64,000 nt of DNA from Planctomycetota bacterium. GTDB taxonomy: Bacteria > Planctomycetota > Phycisphaerae > Phycisphaerales > SM1A02. The stretch is from the NCBI GenBank assembly GCA_024226535.1, contig JAAELP010000193.1, forward strand, positions 2,706 to 66,705, written 5' to 3'. Position numbers and translations under genes: made by a program. Below the pieces are notes generated by a model. The model was not told the DNA's origin. It ran no database searches and saw only the letters and a program-made list of their open reading frames with translations. This document shows positions 16,474-25,569 of this stretch, one piece after another; position 1 is the stretch's first letter; each line of letters opens with the position of its first letter.

Positions 16474-18024
16474 TCATGGATCGCCGGCATCGGACTCGCC
16501 GCGCGTCGGCGCGGCCCCGGCCCGCCGGGGAACGAGGTGCCGCGCCGTGACGACCATGGCGGCGATCCTCCGGCGCCCGCCCGGCACGACGAGCCAGCCC
16601 AGCGCGTACCCCGCGGCGAACGTCGCCAGCAGCACCACGAGCGCGAACGCGTGCGGGCCGTCGGGACCGAGCCGAACGGCCACGGGCACGCTCACCGCCG
16701 CCGCCACGGACGACGCCACCGCGATGCGCCACGTCGCGGTGACGATGTCGCTCACCTGCACGAACGTGCCGCGCAGGCAGTAGAGGATCGCGGGAATGCG
16801 GAGCGTGCACGCGGTGATGCTCAGCGCCGCCGCCACGCCCACCGCGCCCCAGCGCAGACCGATGAGGTACGCGGCCACCACGCAGAACGCCCGGAACAGG
16901 TGCCAGCGGAACTGCCGGTCCGACCGGCCCAGCGGCACGTACACCCAGCTCGTGGCCACGTTGACGGACGCGAGCAGGGCCGCCGGGGCGAGCGCCTTGA
17001 AGATCGGGATCGCCGCGTCCCACTGGTCGCCGAGCAGCGTGGGCACGAGATGATCGGCCGCGATGAGACCGGCGAGCACGGCGGGGAACGACACCGCCGC
17101 GATCGCCTCGAGCCCGCGCCGGTAGAACAGGCGGTAGCGGTCCGGGTCGTCCTGCAATCGGCTCAGCGTGGGGATGGCGACGTGGGTCAGCGGGAAGTTG
17201 AGCTGCGCGATCGGCATGAGCAGGATCCGGTGCGCGTGGGCGTAGTACCCGGTCGCGGTCGCGCCCAGCACGCGTCCGATCAGGATCCGGTCGAGGTTCC
17301 GCGCGATCGTGCCGATCAGGTTGGTGCCGGTGAGGTAGGCGCCGAAGCGCACCATGGGCGCGAGCCCCTCCGACCGGCGCGGACGTCCCGGCCGCCAGTC
17401 GCAGGCGAGCCAGTACCCCGCCGCCCGCAACAGGGCCATGGCCAGCGTGAGCACGACGAGTGCCCAGTAGCCGGCGCCGAGCGAGGCGGCGACGATGGCG
17501 GCGGCGATGCCCCCGGCCGTCGCCGCCACGGTGATCGCGGACAGCGCCGTGAAGCGCATCCGGCGGCGCAGCAAGGCATGATGCTGCGTGGACAGTCCGG
17601 TGACCACGAAGGCCGCCGACAAGACGGCGGTGACCGCCGCGAGTTGTGGCTCACCGTAGAACCAGGCGACCGGGTAGGCGATCGCCACGCCGACGGCGGC
17701 CGCGGCGACGCCGACGGTGGCGTTGATCCAGAACAGCGCATTGACCTGGTCGTCGGTGACGTCCGTCTGCTGAACGGTCGCCTGCGGCAGGCCCAGCTCG
17801 GCGAAGTTCGCGATGAAGGCGACGAACCCCGCGGTCATGGCGATGAGCCCGAAGTCGTCGGGTGTCAGCAGGCGGCCGAGCACCGCCGCGGACACCACCC
17901 CCAGCAGCACGGTGACTCCCTGCGCCACCAGCACCGCGGCGCCGCTGCGCACGGAACGCCCCGGGAGATCCAGGTGCAGGTCGTCCGTGCGCAGCGCGCT
18001 CGGCGTCTCCCGCTCGCGCGTCAT
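16474..18024 (-). CDS. polysaccharide flippase, Wzx/PST family (MOP superfamily)
   Basis: About 12-14 hydrophobic spans. N-terminal GAAVLVAQGVTVLLGVVSAAVLGRLLTPDDFGLIAM is typical of Wzx-type transporters. Start at ATG 18024 (MTRERE); alternative at 18054. Confidence 0.8.
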   Translation of the reverse strand: MTRERETPSALRTDDLHLDLPGRSVRSGAAVLVAQGVTVLLGVVSAAVLGRLLTPDDFGLIAMTAGFVAFIANFAELGLPQATVQQTDVTDDQVNALFWINATVGVAAAAVGVAIAYPVAWFYGEPQLAAVTAVLSAAFVVTGLSTQHHALLRRRMRFTALSAITVAATAGGIAAAIVAASLGAGYWALVVLTLAMALLRAAGYWLACDWRPGRPRRSEGLAPMVRFGAYLTGTNLIGTIARNLDRILIGRVLGATATGYYAHAHRILLMPIAQLNFPLTHVAIPTLSRLQDDPDRYRLFYRRGLEAIAAVSFPAVLAGLIAADHLVPTLLGDQWDAAIPIFKALAPAALLASVNVATSWVYVPLGRSDRQFRWHLFRAFCVVAAYLIGLRWGAVGVAAALSITACTLRIPAILYCLRGTFVQVSDIVTATWRIAVASSVAAAVSVPVAVRLGPDGPHAFALVVLLATFAAGYALGWLVVPGGRRRIAAMVVTARHLVPRRAGAAPTRGESDAGDP

Positions 18025-18131
18025 CGCGAGCGTCTCCGGCGGGCCGGGGCACATGGGCGGGTTTCCAGGCGGGGGGAGGTCACGCGGCGGTCATGGTACC
18101 GGGCGCGACCATTTACCATGAGCGAGCGGAC

Positions 18132-19046
18132 ATGACCGATGCCCCGAGACAAGTCGAGTCCGACGGAGATCGCGTGGAGCGTCTCGCCTCGAAGCCGATC
18201 CTGATCGTCGGCGCCCCGCGGAGCGGCACGACCTGGGTCCAGCGCCTGCTCCTCGGCGACCCGCGCTGCTGCGGGAGCCAGGAGTCCCACTTCTTCGTCA
18301 CCTTCGGGCGCGTCCTGGGGGACTTCGACGACAAGGCCGGGCGCGCGCGCCCGCACGGCCTCGCCTGCTACTGGAAGCGGGCCGATCTCGTGGCGGAGCT
18401 GCGGCGGCTCTGGGGCCGCTCGGTGGGGACGCTGATCGAGCGGAGCCCCGCCGCCGAGATCCTCGTGGAGAAGACGCCCGACCACGCGTGCTGGCTGGAC
18501 GTCATCGACGAGATCCTCCCGTCCGCGCGGATCGTGCACGTGGTGCGCGACAGCCGCGCCGTGTGCGCCTCGCTCCTGCACGCGAGCCGGCAGCCTTGGG
18601 GCGGGCCGTGGGCGCCGTCCACGGCGGGCGCCGCCGCGGCGAAGTGGCGCGAGCACGTGGAGGCCGCCGAGCGCTCGGGGGCGCGGCTGGGGAGCGAGCG
18701 CTTCATGCGCCTGCACCAGGAGGACCTGCACGAGGATCCCCCGCGCGAGATGGGCCGGCTCTGGCGTTTCGCCGGCCTCGAGGTCGAGCCCGCCCGGCTC
18801 TCGGCCATCGCCGACGCCGCCGCGAAGCCCGGCGGCCCCGCGTTCGAGATGACCGGTGAGCTCGAGGGGGCCGCCGGGCCCGAGCCGGACGGCTTCGCGC
18901 GCGGCGGCGCGCCGAACCGCTGGCGGCGCGAGCTCGGCCCGTGGCAGCGCTGGGTCATCTGGCGCGAGACCGCCGCCGCCATGCGCCGCCTCGGCTACGA
19001 CCGGAGCGGCCGCGCGCGCGGCGGCGTGACGGAGACGACGGAGTGA
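18132..19046 (+). CDS. sulfotransferase (Sulfotransfer_3 / tyrosylprotein-sulfotransferase-like class)
   Basis: ILIVGAPRSGTTWVQRLLL (5'-PSB) and IVHVVRDSRAVCASLL (3'-PB). Start at ATG 18132 inside track ORF 18093..19046. Confidence 0.8.
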   Translation: MTDAPRQVESDGDRVERLASKPILIVGAPRSGTTWVQRLLLGDPRCCGSQESHFFVTFGRVLGDFDDKAGRARPHGLACYWKRADLVAELRRLWGRSVGTLIERSPAAEILVEKTPDHACWLDVIDEILPSARIVHVVRDSRAVCASLLHASRQPWGGPWAPSTAGAAAAKWREHVEAAERSGARLGSERFMRLHQEDLHEDPPREMGRLWRFAGLEVEPARLSAIADAAAKPGGPAFEMTGELEGAAGPEPDGFARGGAPNRWRRELGPWQRWVIWRETAAAMRRLGYDRSGRARGGVTETTE

Positions 19047-19936
19047 GCGCCGTGCCACGAGTCTCCGTCATCATGATCGTCCTCGACGGCGAGCGCTTCC
19101 TGCCCGAGGCGCTCGACAGCGTCGTCGCCCAGACGATGCCGGACTGGGAGCTGGTCATCGTCGACGACGGATCGACGGACCGGACCCCCGAGATCGCCGG
19201 GGCGCTCGCGGCCCGGGAGCCCGAGCGCGTGCGCGTGGTGACGCACCCCGACCGCACCAACCGCGGCATGAGCGCGTCGCGCAACCTCGGCGTGCGCGAG
19301 AGCCGCGGTGCCTACGTCACGTTCCTCGATCACGACGACGTCATGATGCCGGAGAAGCTGCGCGAGCAGGCGGCGCTGCTCGACGACCACCCCAACGCCG
19401 CCGCCGTCTTTGGCCCCAACCTGCTCTGGCGATCGTGGGATCCCGGCGCCGGCGACGAGCCGGACGAGATCCAGACGCTGGACCTGCCCACCGACCGCGT
19501 CGCACCGCCTCCGGGCCCGCTGCCGTCGTACCTGGCGAGCAGCGCGGCCACGCCGCTCGGCTTCATGATCCGGCGCACCGCGTTCGACGACGTCGGCGGA
19601 TACGAGGAGACGTTCCGCGGCATGTACGAGGACCAGGTCTTCCAGGCCAAGCTCTACCTCGACCATCCCGTGTACGTCTCGAGCCGGGTGTGGATCCGGT
19701 ACCGGCGGCACCCGGACTCGTGCGTCATCCGGACGTTCCGGGAAGGCGGTCAGCTCCTCGCCCGCCGTCGCTTCCTGCACTGGCTGCGCGACCATGTCGC
19801 GAGCCGGCCCGTCGCCGATGCCGAACTGCGACGGCTGATCCGGGAGGAGCTGCGACGGACGGGCCGCGCCCGCGCGACCTGGCTCGTGCGGCAGGCGCGC
19901 AACCGGATCGCGAGGTTCCTCGGTCGCGGTTCGTGA
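19043..19936 (+). CDS. family 2 glycosyltransferase
   Basis: VSVIMIVLDGERFLPEALDSVVAQT..LVIVDDGSTDRT..SASRNLG..TFLDHDD. GTG start at 19043 overlaps the upstream stop (GTGA). Confidence 0.85.
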   Translation: MSAVPRVSVIMIVLDGERFLPEALDSVVAQTMPDWELVIVDDGSTDRTPEIAGALAAREPERVRVVTHPDRTNRGMSASRNLGVRESRGAYVTFLDHDDVMMPEKLREQAALLDDHPNAAAVFGPNLLWRSWDPGAGDEPDEIQTLDLPTDRVAPPPGPLPSYLASSAATPLGFMIRRTAFDDVGGYEETFRGMYEDQVFQAKLYLDHPVYVSSRVWIRYRRHPDSCVIRTFREGGQLLARRRFLHWLRDHVASRPVADAELRRLIREELRRTGRARATWLVRQARNRIARFLGRGS

Positions 19937-19943
19937 GCGCGGG

Positions 19944-20882
19944 TCACGTACGCCCGGCGAGGGCGTCGTCGAGCGTTCGTTGCGGCGACCAGCCGAGCGT
20001 CTCACGGATGCGCCGGTTCGAGTAGCGCCACGGCCGGCAGCGCGCCGCCAGCTCGCGGCGGGCGAGAAGGCCGGTCGCGCCGAGGAGACGGAGCAGGGTC
20101 CAGGGGACCGGCACGAGGAACGGCGCCGGATCGCGTTGGCGGCGGATTCGCCGCGCGTATTCGAGTTGCGTGGGTGTCTCGTCGTCGACGATGTTGAGCG
20201 CGACGCCGCGCACGTCGTCGCGCTCCGCCGCGATGACGATGGCGTCGGCGCAGTTCTCGACGTACGTCAGGGGCAGCGGCGCCCGCGTGCCCATGAGGAC
20301 CCACAGGCGCGACGAGAGCGCGCGGCCCAGCCGCCACGTCCACAGCCGCTCCGGGCCGTACACGACGCCGGGCCTGAGGATCAGCCAGTCGATCCCGGCC
20401 GCCGCCGCCCGATCGACCATGAGCTGCTCCTGCTCGAGCTTCGCGTGGCAGTAGGCGCCTCGCTGCTCGGGGTGGGGCTCCAGGGGCGAGGTCTCGTCGA
20501 TGATCCCGTCGCCCCGCGGCCTCGCGTAGTCGTAGACCGCGATCGAGCTGACGCCGACGAGGCGGCGCGCGCCCGCGGCCTCCATCGCGTCGAGGAGGTG
20601 CCCGGTGCCGGTGACGGTGGACGCGAACTGCTCGTCGCGGCTGCCAGCCATCGCCGCCGCGAGGTGCACGACGACGTCGACGTCGGCGAGGTGACCGTCG
20701 AGACCGTCACGATCGCGCAGGTCGTGGCGGACGATCTCGATGCCGGCGTCGTTCGACCGGTCGAGCGCCGCGGTATCCGCCGTGGGGCGCACGAGCGCGC
20801 GCACGCGATGCCCGCGTCGCAGCGCCGCCGCGGCGGTCGAGCGGCCGATGAACCCACGGGCTCCGGTGACGAGCATGCGCAC
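19944..20882 (-). CDS. NAD-dependent sugar epimerase/dehydratase (extended SDR)
   Basis: MRMLVTGARGFIGRS Rossmann motif and catalytic YCHAK (YxxxK). Confidence 0.85.
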   Translation of the reverse strand: MRMLVTGARGFIGRSTAAAALRRGHRVRALVRPTADTAALDRSNDAGIEIVRHDLRDRDGLDGHLADVDVVVHLAAAMAGSRDEQFASTVTGTGHLLDAMEAAGARRLVGVSSIAVYDYARPRGDGIIDETSPLEPHPEQRGAYCHAKLEQEQLMVDRAAAAGIDWLILRPGVVYGPERLWTWRLGRALSSRLWVLMGTRAPLPLTYVENCADAIVIAAERDDVRGVALNIVDDETPTQLEYARRIRRQRDPAPFLVPVPWTLLRLLGATGLLARRELAARCRPWRYSNRRIRETLGWSPQRTLDDALAGRT

Positions 20883-20974
20883 GCGGCGTCTCCTCGTCGC
20901 GCAGGATACGGTACGATTCGTCCGCGCGTGGCGATCGGCGCCCGACGGCGTACGCGGGACCGCGAGGACCGGGC

Positions 20975-22168
20975 ATGAACACCGCCATCATCGGCTGCGG
21001 CTACGTCGCCGACTTCTACGCGACCAACGCCCGGGCCCACCCCGACGTCGCGATCGCGGGCGCGTACGACGCCTCGCCCGAACGCGCGAAGGCGTTCGGC
21101 GCCCACTTCGACGTCGCGACCTACGAGTCGCTCGACGCGGTGCTGGCCGACGGATCGGTCGAGCTGGTGCTCAACCTGACGAACCCGCGCTCCCACCTCG
21201 AGGTGACCAGGGCGTGCCTGGAGGCGGGCAAGCACGTGTACTCGGAGAAGCCGCTCGCGATGGACCTCGACGGCGCCCGGAGCCTCGCCGCCCTCGCAGC
21301 CGAGCGCGGCGTGCGTCTCGGGTCGGCCCCGTGCAGCGTGCTGAGCAACCCGGCCCAGACCGCGTGGAAGGCGATCCGCGACGGCGCGATCGGACCGGTG
21401 CGCCTGGTCTACGCGAGCTTCGACGAGGGGCTCGACGCCCCGCGGCGCCGTCCGTGGACCTGGACGAGCGTCTCCGGCGCGCCGTGGCCGGCGCAGGACG
21501 AGTTCGAGGTCGGCTGCACCTTCGAGCACGCCGGGTACGTGCTCACGTGGCTCGCGGCGTTCTTCGGTCCGGCCCGGCGCGTGACGAGCTTCTCGTCGTG
21601 CCTGGCCGCGGACAAGGGGATCGCGGTGGACGCGATGGCCCCCGACTTCTCCGTCGGGTGCCTCGAGTACGACGGCGGCATCGTCGCGCGCGTGACGTGC
21701 GGGCTCACCGCCCCGCGCGACAAGTCGCTCGTCGTCGTCGGGGATGACGGCATCCTCGTCCTGAACGATCTTCGCGACGAGCGGGAGCCGGTCTACATTC
21801 GGCGCGAGTCGGCGACGGGCGCAGTCGGCCGGGCCGAGCGCGCGCTGCGCTGGCTCCAGGCCCGCACCCGACCGCTCACCGGCTGGGTGCCATGGCCGCG
21901 CGCCCCGTGGACGCTGCACCGCCGCTTGCCCGACGCGCTGGGGACGCCGGTGCACCCGGCCGGTCGGGGCAAGCCCGTGGACTTCCTGCGCGGCGTGCAG
22001 GACATGGTCGACGCGATCCGGAAGGACCGGCCGCACCGCTTGTCGGCGGAGCTTGGCGTGCACCTCGTCGAGCTGATCGACGCGCTCCAGTTCCCGGAGC
22101 GGGGCGGCCACCACCGGGCGATCGAGACGACGTTCCCCGCGATCCCGCCGCTGCCGGCGGGCGGGTGA
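20975..22168 (+). CDS. Gfo/Idh/MocA-family NAD(P)-dependent oxidoreductase
   Basis: MNTAIIGCGYVADFYA Rossmann start and the EKPLAMDL motif. Confidence 0.85.
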   Translation: MNTAIIGCGYVADFYATNARAHPDVAIAGAYDASPERAKAFGAHFDVATYESLDAVLADGSVELVLNLTNPRSHLEVTRACLEAGKHVYSEKPLAMDLDGARSLAALAAERGVRLGSAPCSVLSNPAQTAWKAIRDGAIGPVRLVYASFDEGLDAPRRRPWTWTSVSGAPWPAQDEFEVGCTFEHAGYVLTWLAAFFGPARRVTSFSSCLAADKGIAVDAMAPDFSVGCLEYDGGIVARVTCGLTAPRDKSLVVVGDDGILVLNDLRDEREPVYIRRESATGAVGRAERALRWLQARTRPLTGWVPWPRAPWTLHRRLPDALGTPVHPAGRGKPVDFLRGVQDMVDAIRKDRPHRLSAELGVHLVELIDALQFPERGGHHRAIETTFPAIPPLPAGG

Positions 22169-22171
22169 TCG

Positions 22172-22879
22172 TCACCCCGCGCGGTCGAACATCGCGCCGT
22201 GGGGCCCGCCCGCGAAGTGCTCCCGCAGGGCGTCGTGGTTTGCGAGCACGCGCGACAGGTCGTCGTCGGTGTTCTTCACGACCTCGCTCGCGAGCGGCGC
22301 GGGCGGCACGTCGAGGAAGGCCATTATCTCGGCGAGCCGGCCCTCGGGGTCGGTCAACAGGTCCTCGTAGCAGAGCGCCAGCCGGGGAAGCTCGAGCGTG
22401 TCGGCGAACGCCGCGAGGCGCTCCCGGAGTTCGCGGCACTCGTCCAGCTCCCGCTCCAGGTCGGCGGGCTCCAGCTCGAACGGCGGGAGCGCCGCCGTGT
22501 CCCGGCTCCGGTTCCAGCGCCCGGTCCGCTCGTGCAGGCGGCGCGCGTTGATCGTGGACACGGCCAGCTTGATCGTGTTGCGACGATCGAGCACGACCAC
22601 GCGCACGCCCCGCTCCTGCAGCAGATGCCGGAACGCGTCCAGGTCCCAGACGTCCTTCAGCTTCGTCTTGAAGCCCCGCGCGAGCACGCCGCCGCGCCGC
22701 CGGCGCCCGTAGAACCGCTCGATCCACCCGCGCTGGCTCCGTGGGGACCGGCGCACGAGCCGCTCGCCCTCGGCCTCGATCGCCGGGTGGGAGTCGAGGC
22801 ACGAGATGAGCCAGGAGCTTCCCGTGCGTCCCGGGAAGAGCACGACGAAGGGCGTCGGGTTGACCGGCGGCATACCCAT
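22172..22879 (-). CDS. sulfotransferase (NodH/Stf0-like class)
   Basis: FVVLFPGRTGSSWLISCLDSHP (5'-PSB) and VVVLDRRNTIKLAVS (3'-PB-like). Start at ATG 22879 (MGMPPVN). The 141 upstream codons of track ORF 22172..23302 are low-complexity. Confidence 0.75.
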   Translation of the reverse strand: MGMPPVNPTPFVVLFPGRTGSSWLISCLDSHPAIEAEGERLVRRSPRSQRGWIERFYGRRRRGGVLARGFKTKLKDVWDLDAFRHLLQERGVRVVVLDRRNTIKLAVSTINARRLHERTGRWNRSRDTAALPPFELEPADLERELDECRELRERLAAFADTLELPRLALCYEDLLTDPEGRLAEIMAFLDVPPAPLASEVVKNTDDDLSRVLANHDALREHFAGGPHGAMFDRAG

Positions 22880-23035
22880 GAAGCTACCGTATCCTCTTCC
22901 CCATGGCTTCGCCCCCGGCATTGATCGATCCGGACCGGCCCTCGGCCCTCGGCCGCCGGCCGCCGGCCACCCCTGGCTCACCGCTTCCGAGCGCTCGCGG
23001 GCCGCGCGATCGACCGGCCGCGCGGCCGACGGCGC

Positions 23036-23692
23036 CTGCACCTGATCCACATCGGGAAGACCGGCGGCACGGCGCTGAAGTACGCGCTGTCCGGTCATCG
23101 CCGGACGCCGGAGATCCGGATCGTCGTGCACACGCACCATGTCGCGCTCCGCGACGTGCCGCCCGGCGACCTGTTCATGTTCTTCGTCCGTGATCCGATC
23201 AGCCGATTCGCCAGCGCGTTTCGCAGCCGGCAGCGGCAGGGACGGCCCCGGTACCACACGCCCTGGAGCGAGGAAGAGCGGTGCGTCTTCGATCGCTTCC
23301 ACTCACCCAACGAGCTCGCGCACGCCCTCGCGTCCGACGACGCGGCGCGGCGCGCCGAGGCCGAAGCGGCGATGCGCGCGATCCGGCACGTGCGGACGTC
23401 GTACTGGGACTGGTTCGGCAGCGAAGCGGTGTTCCGCGCACGGCTGTCCGATCTCTACTTCGTCGGCTTCCAGGAGACGTTGCCCGAGGACTTCGCGGCG
23501 CTTCGCGCGAAGCTCGGGCTGCCGGACACGGTGACCCTGCCGGAGGACGACGTCGCCGCGCACCGGACGCCGCTCGACGTCGACGTGCACCTCGACGAGG
23601 ACGCGCAGGCGATCCTGCGGCGCTGGTACGAGAAGGACTGCGCGTTCGTGGGTCTCTGCCGCGAGATCGCCGACCGTCCGGCGGCCTGCTAG
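23036..23692 (+). CDS. sulfotransferase (Sulfotransfer_2-like; HS 2-O/6-O-type motifs); start codon unresolved, possibly non-canonical or 5'-damaged
   Basis: The track ORF starts at GTG 23126, but the same frame upstream encodes the PAPS loop LIHIGKTGGTALKY (23042-23083). 3'-PB motif FFVRDPISRFASAF lies downstream. There is no ATG/GTG/TTG in frame between the stop at 22922 and 23126, so I placed a provisional CTG start at 23036. Confidence 0.6.
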   Translation: MHLIHIGKTGGTALKYALSGHRRTPEIRIVVHTHHVALRDVPPGDLFMFFVRDPISRFASAFRSRQRQGRPRYHTPWSEEERCVFDRFHSPNELAHALASDDAARRAEAEAAMRAIRHVRTSYWDWFGSEAVFRARLSDLYFVGFQETLPEDFAALRAKLGLPDTVTLPEDDVAAHRTPLDVDVHLDEDAQAILRRWYEKDCAFVGLCREIADRPAAC

Positions 23693-24621
23693 CGTTCCTC
23701 GAGATACTCGCGGTAGAAACGGCCCGCCAGGCCCTCGACGAGACCGCGCCCCCAGGCGAGCCAGCAGCGCCCGCGCACGCGGGTCGCGTGCCCCGCTACG
23801 GCGCCGGCGAGCAGCACGCCGGCGCCGAGGAGCATCCAGACCACCGCCTTGGCGGCCACGAGCGGATACGCGACGACCGCCGGGCGGAGATCGCGCTCGA
23901 TGAGCGCCGTCGTCATCCCCGTGCGCCGATGACGGCGCACCAGCCACCGCGCCGTCATCCGCTCCGCGGGAACGAGATCCTCGACCACCGCCTCGTCGGC
24001 CCACGCGATCGACGCCCCCGCGGCCCGCAGGCGACGGAAGAAGTGCACGTCCTCCCCGCCGATGAGCCCGAACCGAAGGTCGACGCGCGTCGCTGTGGTC
24101 CGGAGGCACTCGGCGCTCATGAGCACGTTGTTCGTGAAGGCGCTCGCGCGGGCCGATCCCGTCGGCGCCGAATGCGGTGCGAAGAAACGACCGCGCTCGA
24201 GCCAGGCGGGCGGCGGGTGCTCGTAGATCGGTGCGACCGGCCCGGTGACGACCTCCGCGCCGGCTCGGCGCTGCACCTCCAGGAGGCTCGCGAGCCAGGC
24301 GCCGGTGGCGACGCTGTCGTCGTCGATGAAGGCGATGAAGTCGTGGTCGACGATCGCGTGCTCGATGGCTCGATTCCGGGGCGCGGCGAGCCCGCGCTCC
24401 GGCTCCGCGAGGCAGACGATCTCGAACGGGTACGCGTCGGGCACCGCGGCGCAGATCTCCGCCGGGCGCGTGTCCTGCGGATCGTTGTTCACCACGACCA
24501 CCGTGACGCGCGGGGCCGGGTCGGGCAGCGCGAGCGCGCCGAGGCTCTCCAGGACGCGCGCCAGGCCCTCGGCCCGGTGGAACGTCGAGATGCACACGGC
24601 GATGCGGGGCGTTCGGCTCAT
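23689..24621 (-). CDS. family 2 glycosyltransferase
   Basis: MSRTPRIAVCISTFHRAEGLARVLESL..VVVVNNDPQD..APRNRA..FIAFIDDDS. ATG 24621 forms an ATGA overlap with the upstream stop. Confidence 0.8.
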   Translation of the reverse strand: MSRTPRIAVCISTFHRAEGLARVLESLGALALPDPAPRVTVVVVNNDPQDTRPAEICAAVPDAYPFEIVCLAEPERGLAAPRNRAIEHAIVDHDFIAFIDDDSVATGAWLASLLEVQRRAGAEVVTGPVAPIYEHPPPAWLERGRFFAPHSAPTGSARASAFTNNVLMSAECLRTTATRVDLRFGLIGGEDVHFFRRLRAAGASIAWADEAVVEDLVPAERMTARWLVRRHRRTGMTTALIERDLRPAVVAYPLVAAKAVVWMLLGAGVLLAGAVAGHATRVRGRCWLAWGRGLVEGLAGRFYREYLEER

Positions 24622-25535
24622 GTGCGCACGCGGTATTCCTGGTGCCGGAACCCGACCATCCCCGCCAGCAGACCGAACGCCCGCGCCCAGTCCTCCCCGG
24701 CGAAGAGGAACGCCGCCCGCCCGCGGGCCGGCAGCGAGAGCAGCCGCAGGGCACCGCGGGCCACGTACCTCGCCGCGCGCCAGGGAAGACGCCGAAGCGC
24801 CGCCCCGAGGCCATCGAGATCGCGCTCGATGTAGGCATCGGTGCCGCCGATCCTCAGCGACCGGCGCAGGATCCAGCCCGTCGTGAGCCGGGCGGCCGGC
24901 ACCCACTCGTAGGCGATCGCCGCGTCGGCCCACACGATGCGGAACCCCGCGCGGCGCACCCGGCGGAAGAAGTGCGTGTCGCTGCCTCCGCAGTGCGCCA
25001 TGCGCTCATCGAAGTTCGGCTGCACGGCCCCGAAGACCTCGCGCCGGGTGAGCACGTTGTGCGTGTATGCGAACGGGCGCTCCGCCCCGGTCTCGTACCG
25101 GAGCAGGTCGAACGCCCCGCTGCGGACGAGCCACGTCGGCGCCTCGGCGGGGAAGCGGGGGACGGCCGGGCCGGTGACCACGTCGGCGCCGGTCTGCGCC
25201 TGCACGGCGAGCAGCTCGGCGAGCCACCGCGGATCGACGGTCTCGTCGTCGTCGACGAAGACGATGAAGTCGGTGGTCTCCGCGGCGCGGGCGACCGCCG
25301 TGTTGCGCGCGAAGGGAATGCCGCGCCGCGCCTCGGTCTCGTAGCGGAGCGATCCCGGCAGCGCGTCCGCCGACCGGGCGCACAGCGCCCGGGCCCGCTC
25401 GTCGGGATCGTTGTCGACCACGAGCACTTCGACTTCGGGAGTCACCTCCGAGAACTCCAGCTCGGAGATCGACGCCAGCAGGCGCTCGAGCCCTTCCGGT
25501 CGGTTGCACGTGATGATGCAGATCGTGACGTGCAC
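24618..25535 (-). CDS. family 2 glycosyltransferase (tandem paralog of 23689..24621)
   Basis: VHVTICIITCNRPEGLERLLASI..VLVVDNDPDE..FARNTA..FIVFVDDDE. GTG start chosen at 25535. The alternative ATG 25571 would overlap the divergent gene's start. Confidence 0.8.
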   Translation of the reverse strand: MHVTICIITCNRPEGLERLLASISELEFSEVTPEVEVLVVDNDPDERARALCARSADALPGSLRYETEARRGIPFARNTAVARAAETTDFIVFVDDDETVDPRWLAELLAVQAQTGADVVTGPAVPRFPAEAPTWLVRSGAFDLLRYETGAERPFAYTHNVLTRREVFGAVQPNFDERMAHCGGSDTHFFRRVRRAGFRIVWADAAIAYEWVPAARLTTGWILRRSLRIGGTDAYIERDLDGLGAALRRLPWRAARYVARGALRLLSLPARGRAAFLFAGEDWARAFGLLAGMVGFRHQEYRVRT

Positions 25536-25569
25536 GGCTCGACACTCCCGACTGGTACTATAGATCGCC

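Noticed and set aside
20381-22114. 577-aa minus-strand ORF spanning the epimerase/oxidoreductase region
   Set aside because: It is an Arg/Pro/Gly-rich shadow that crosses two genes with clear Rossmann-fold signatures on their own frames.
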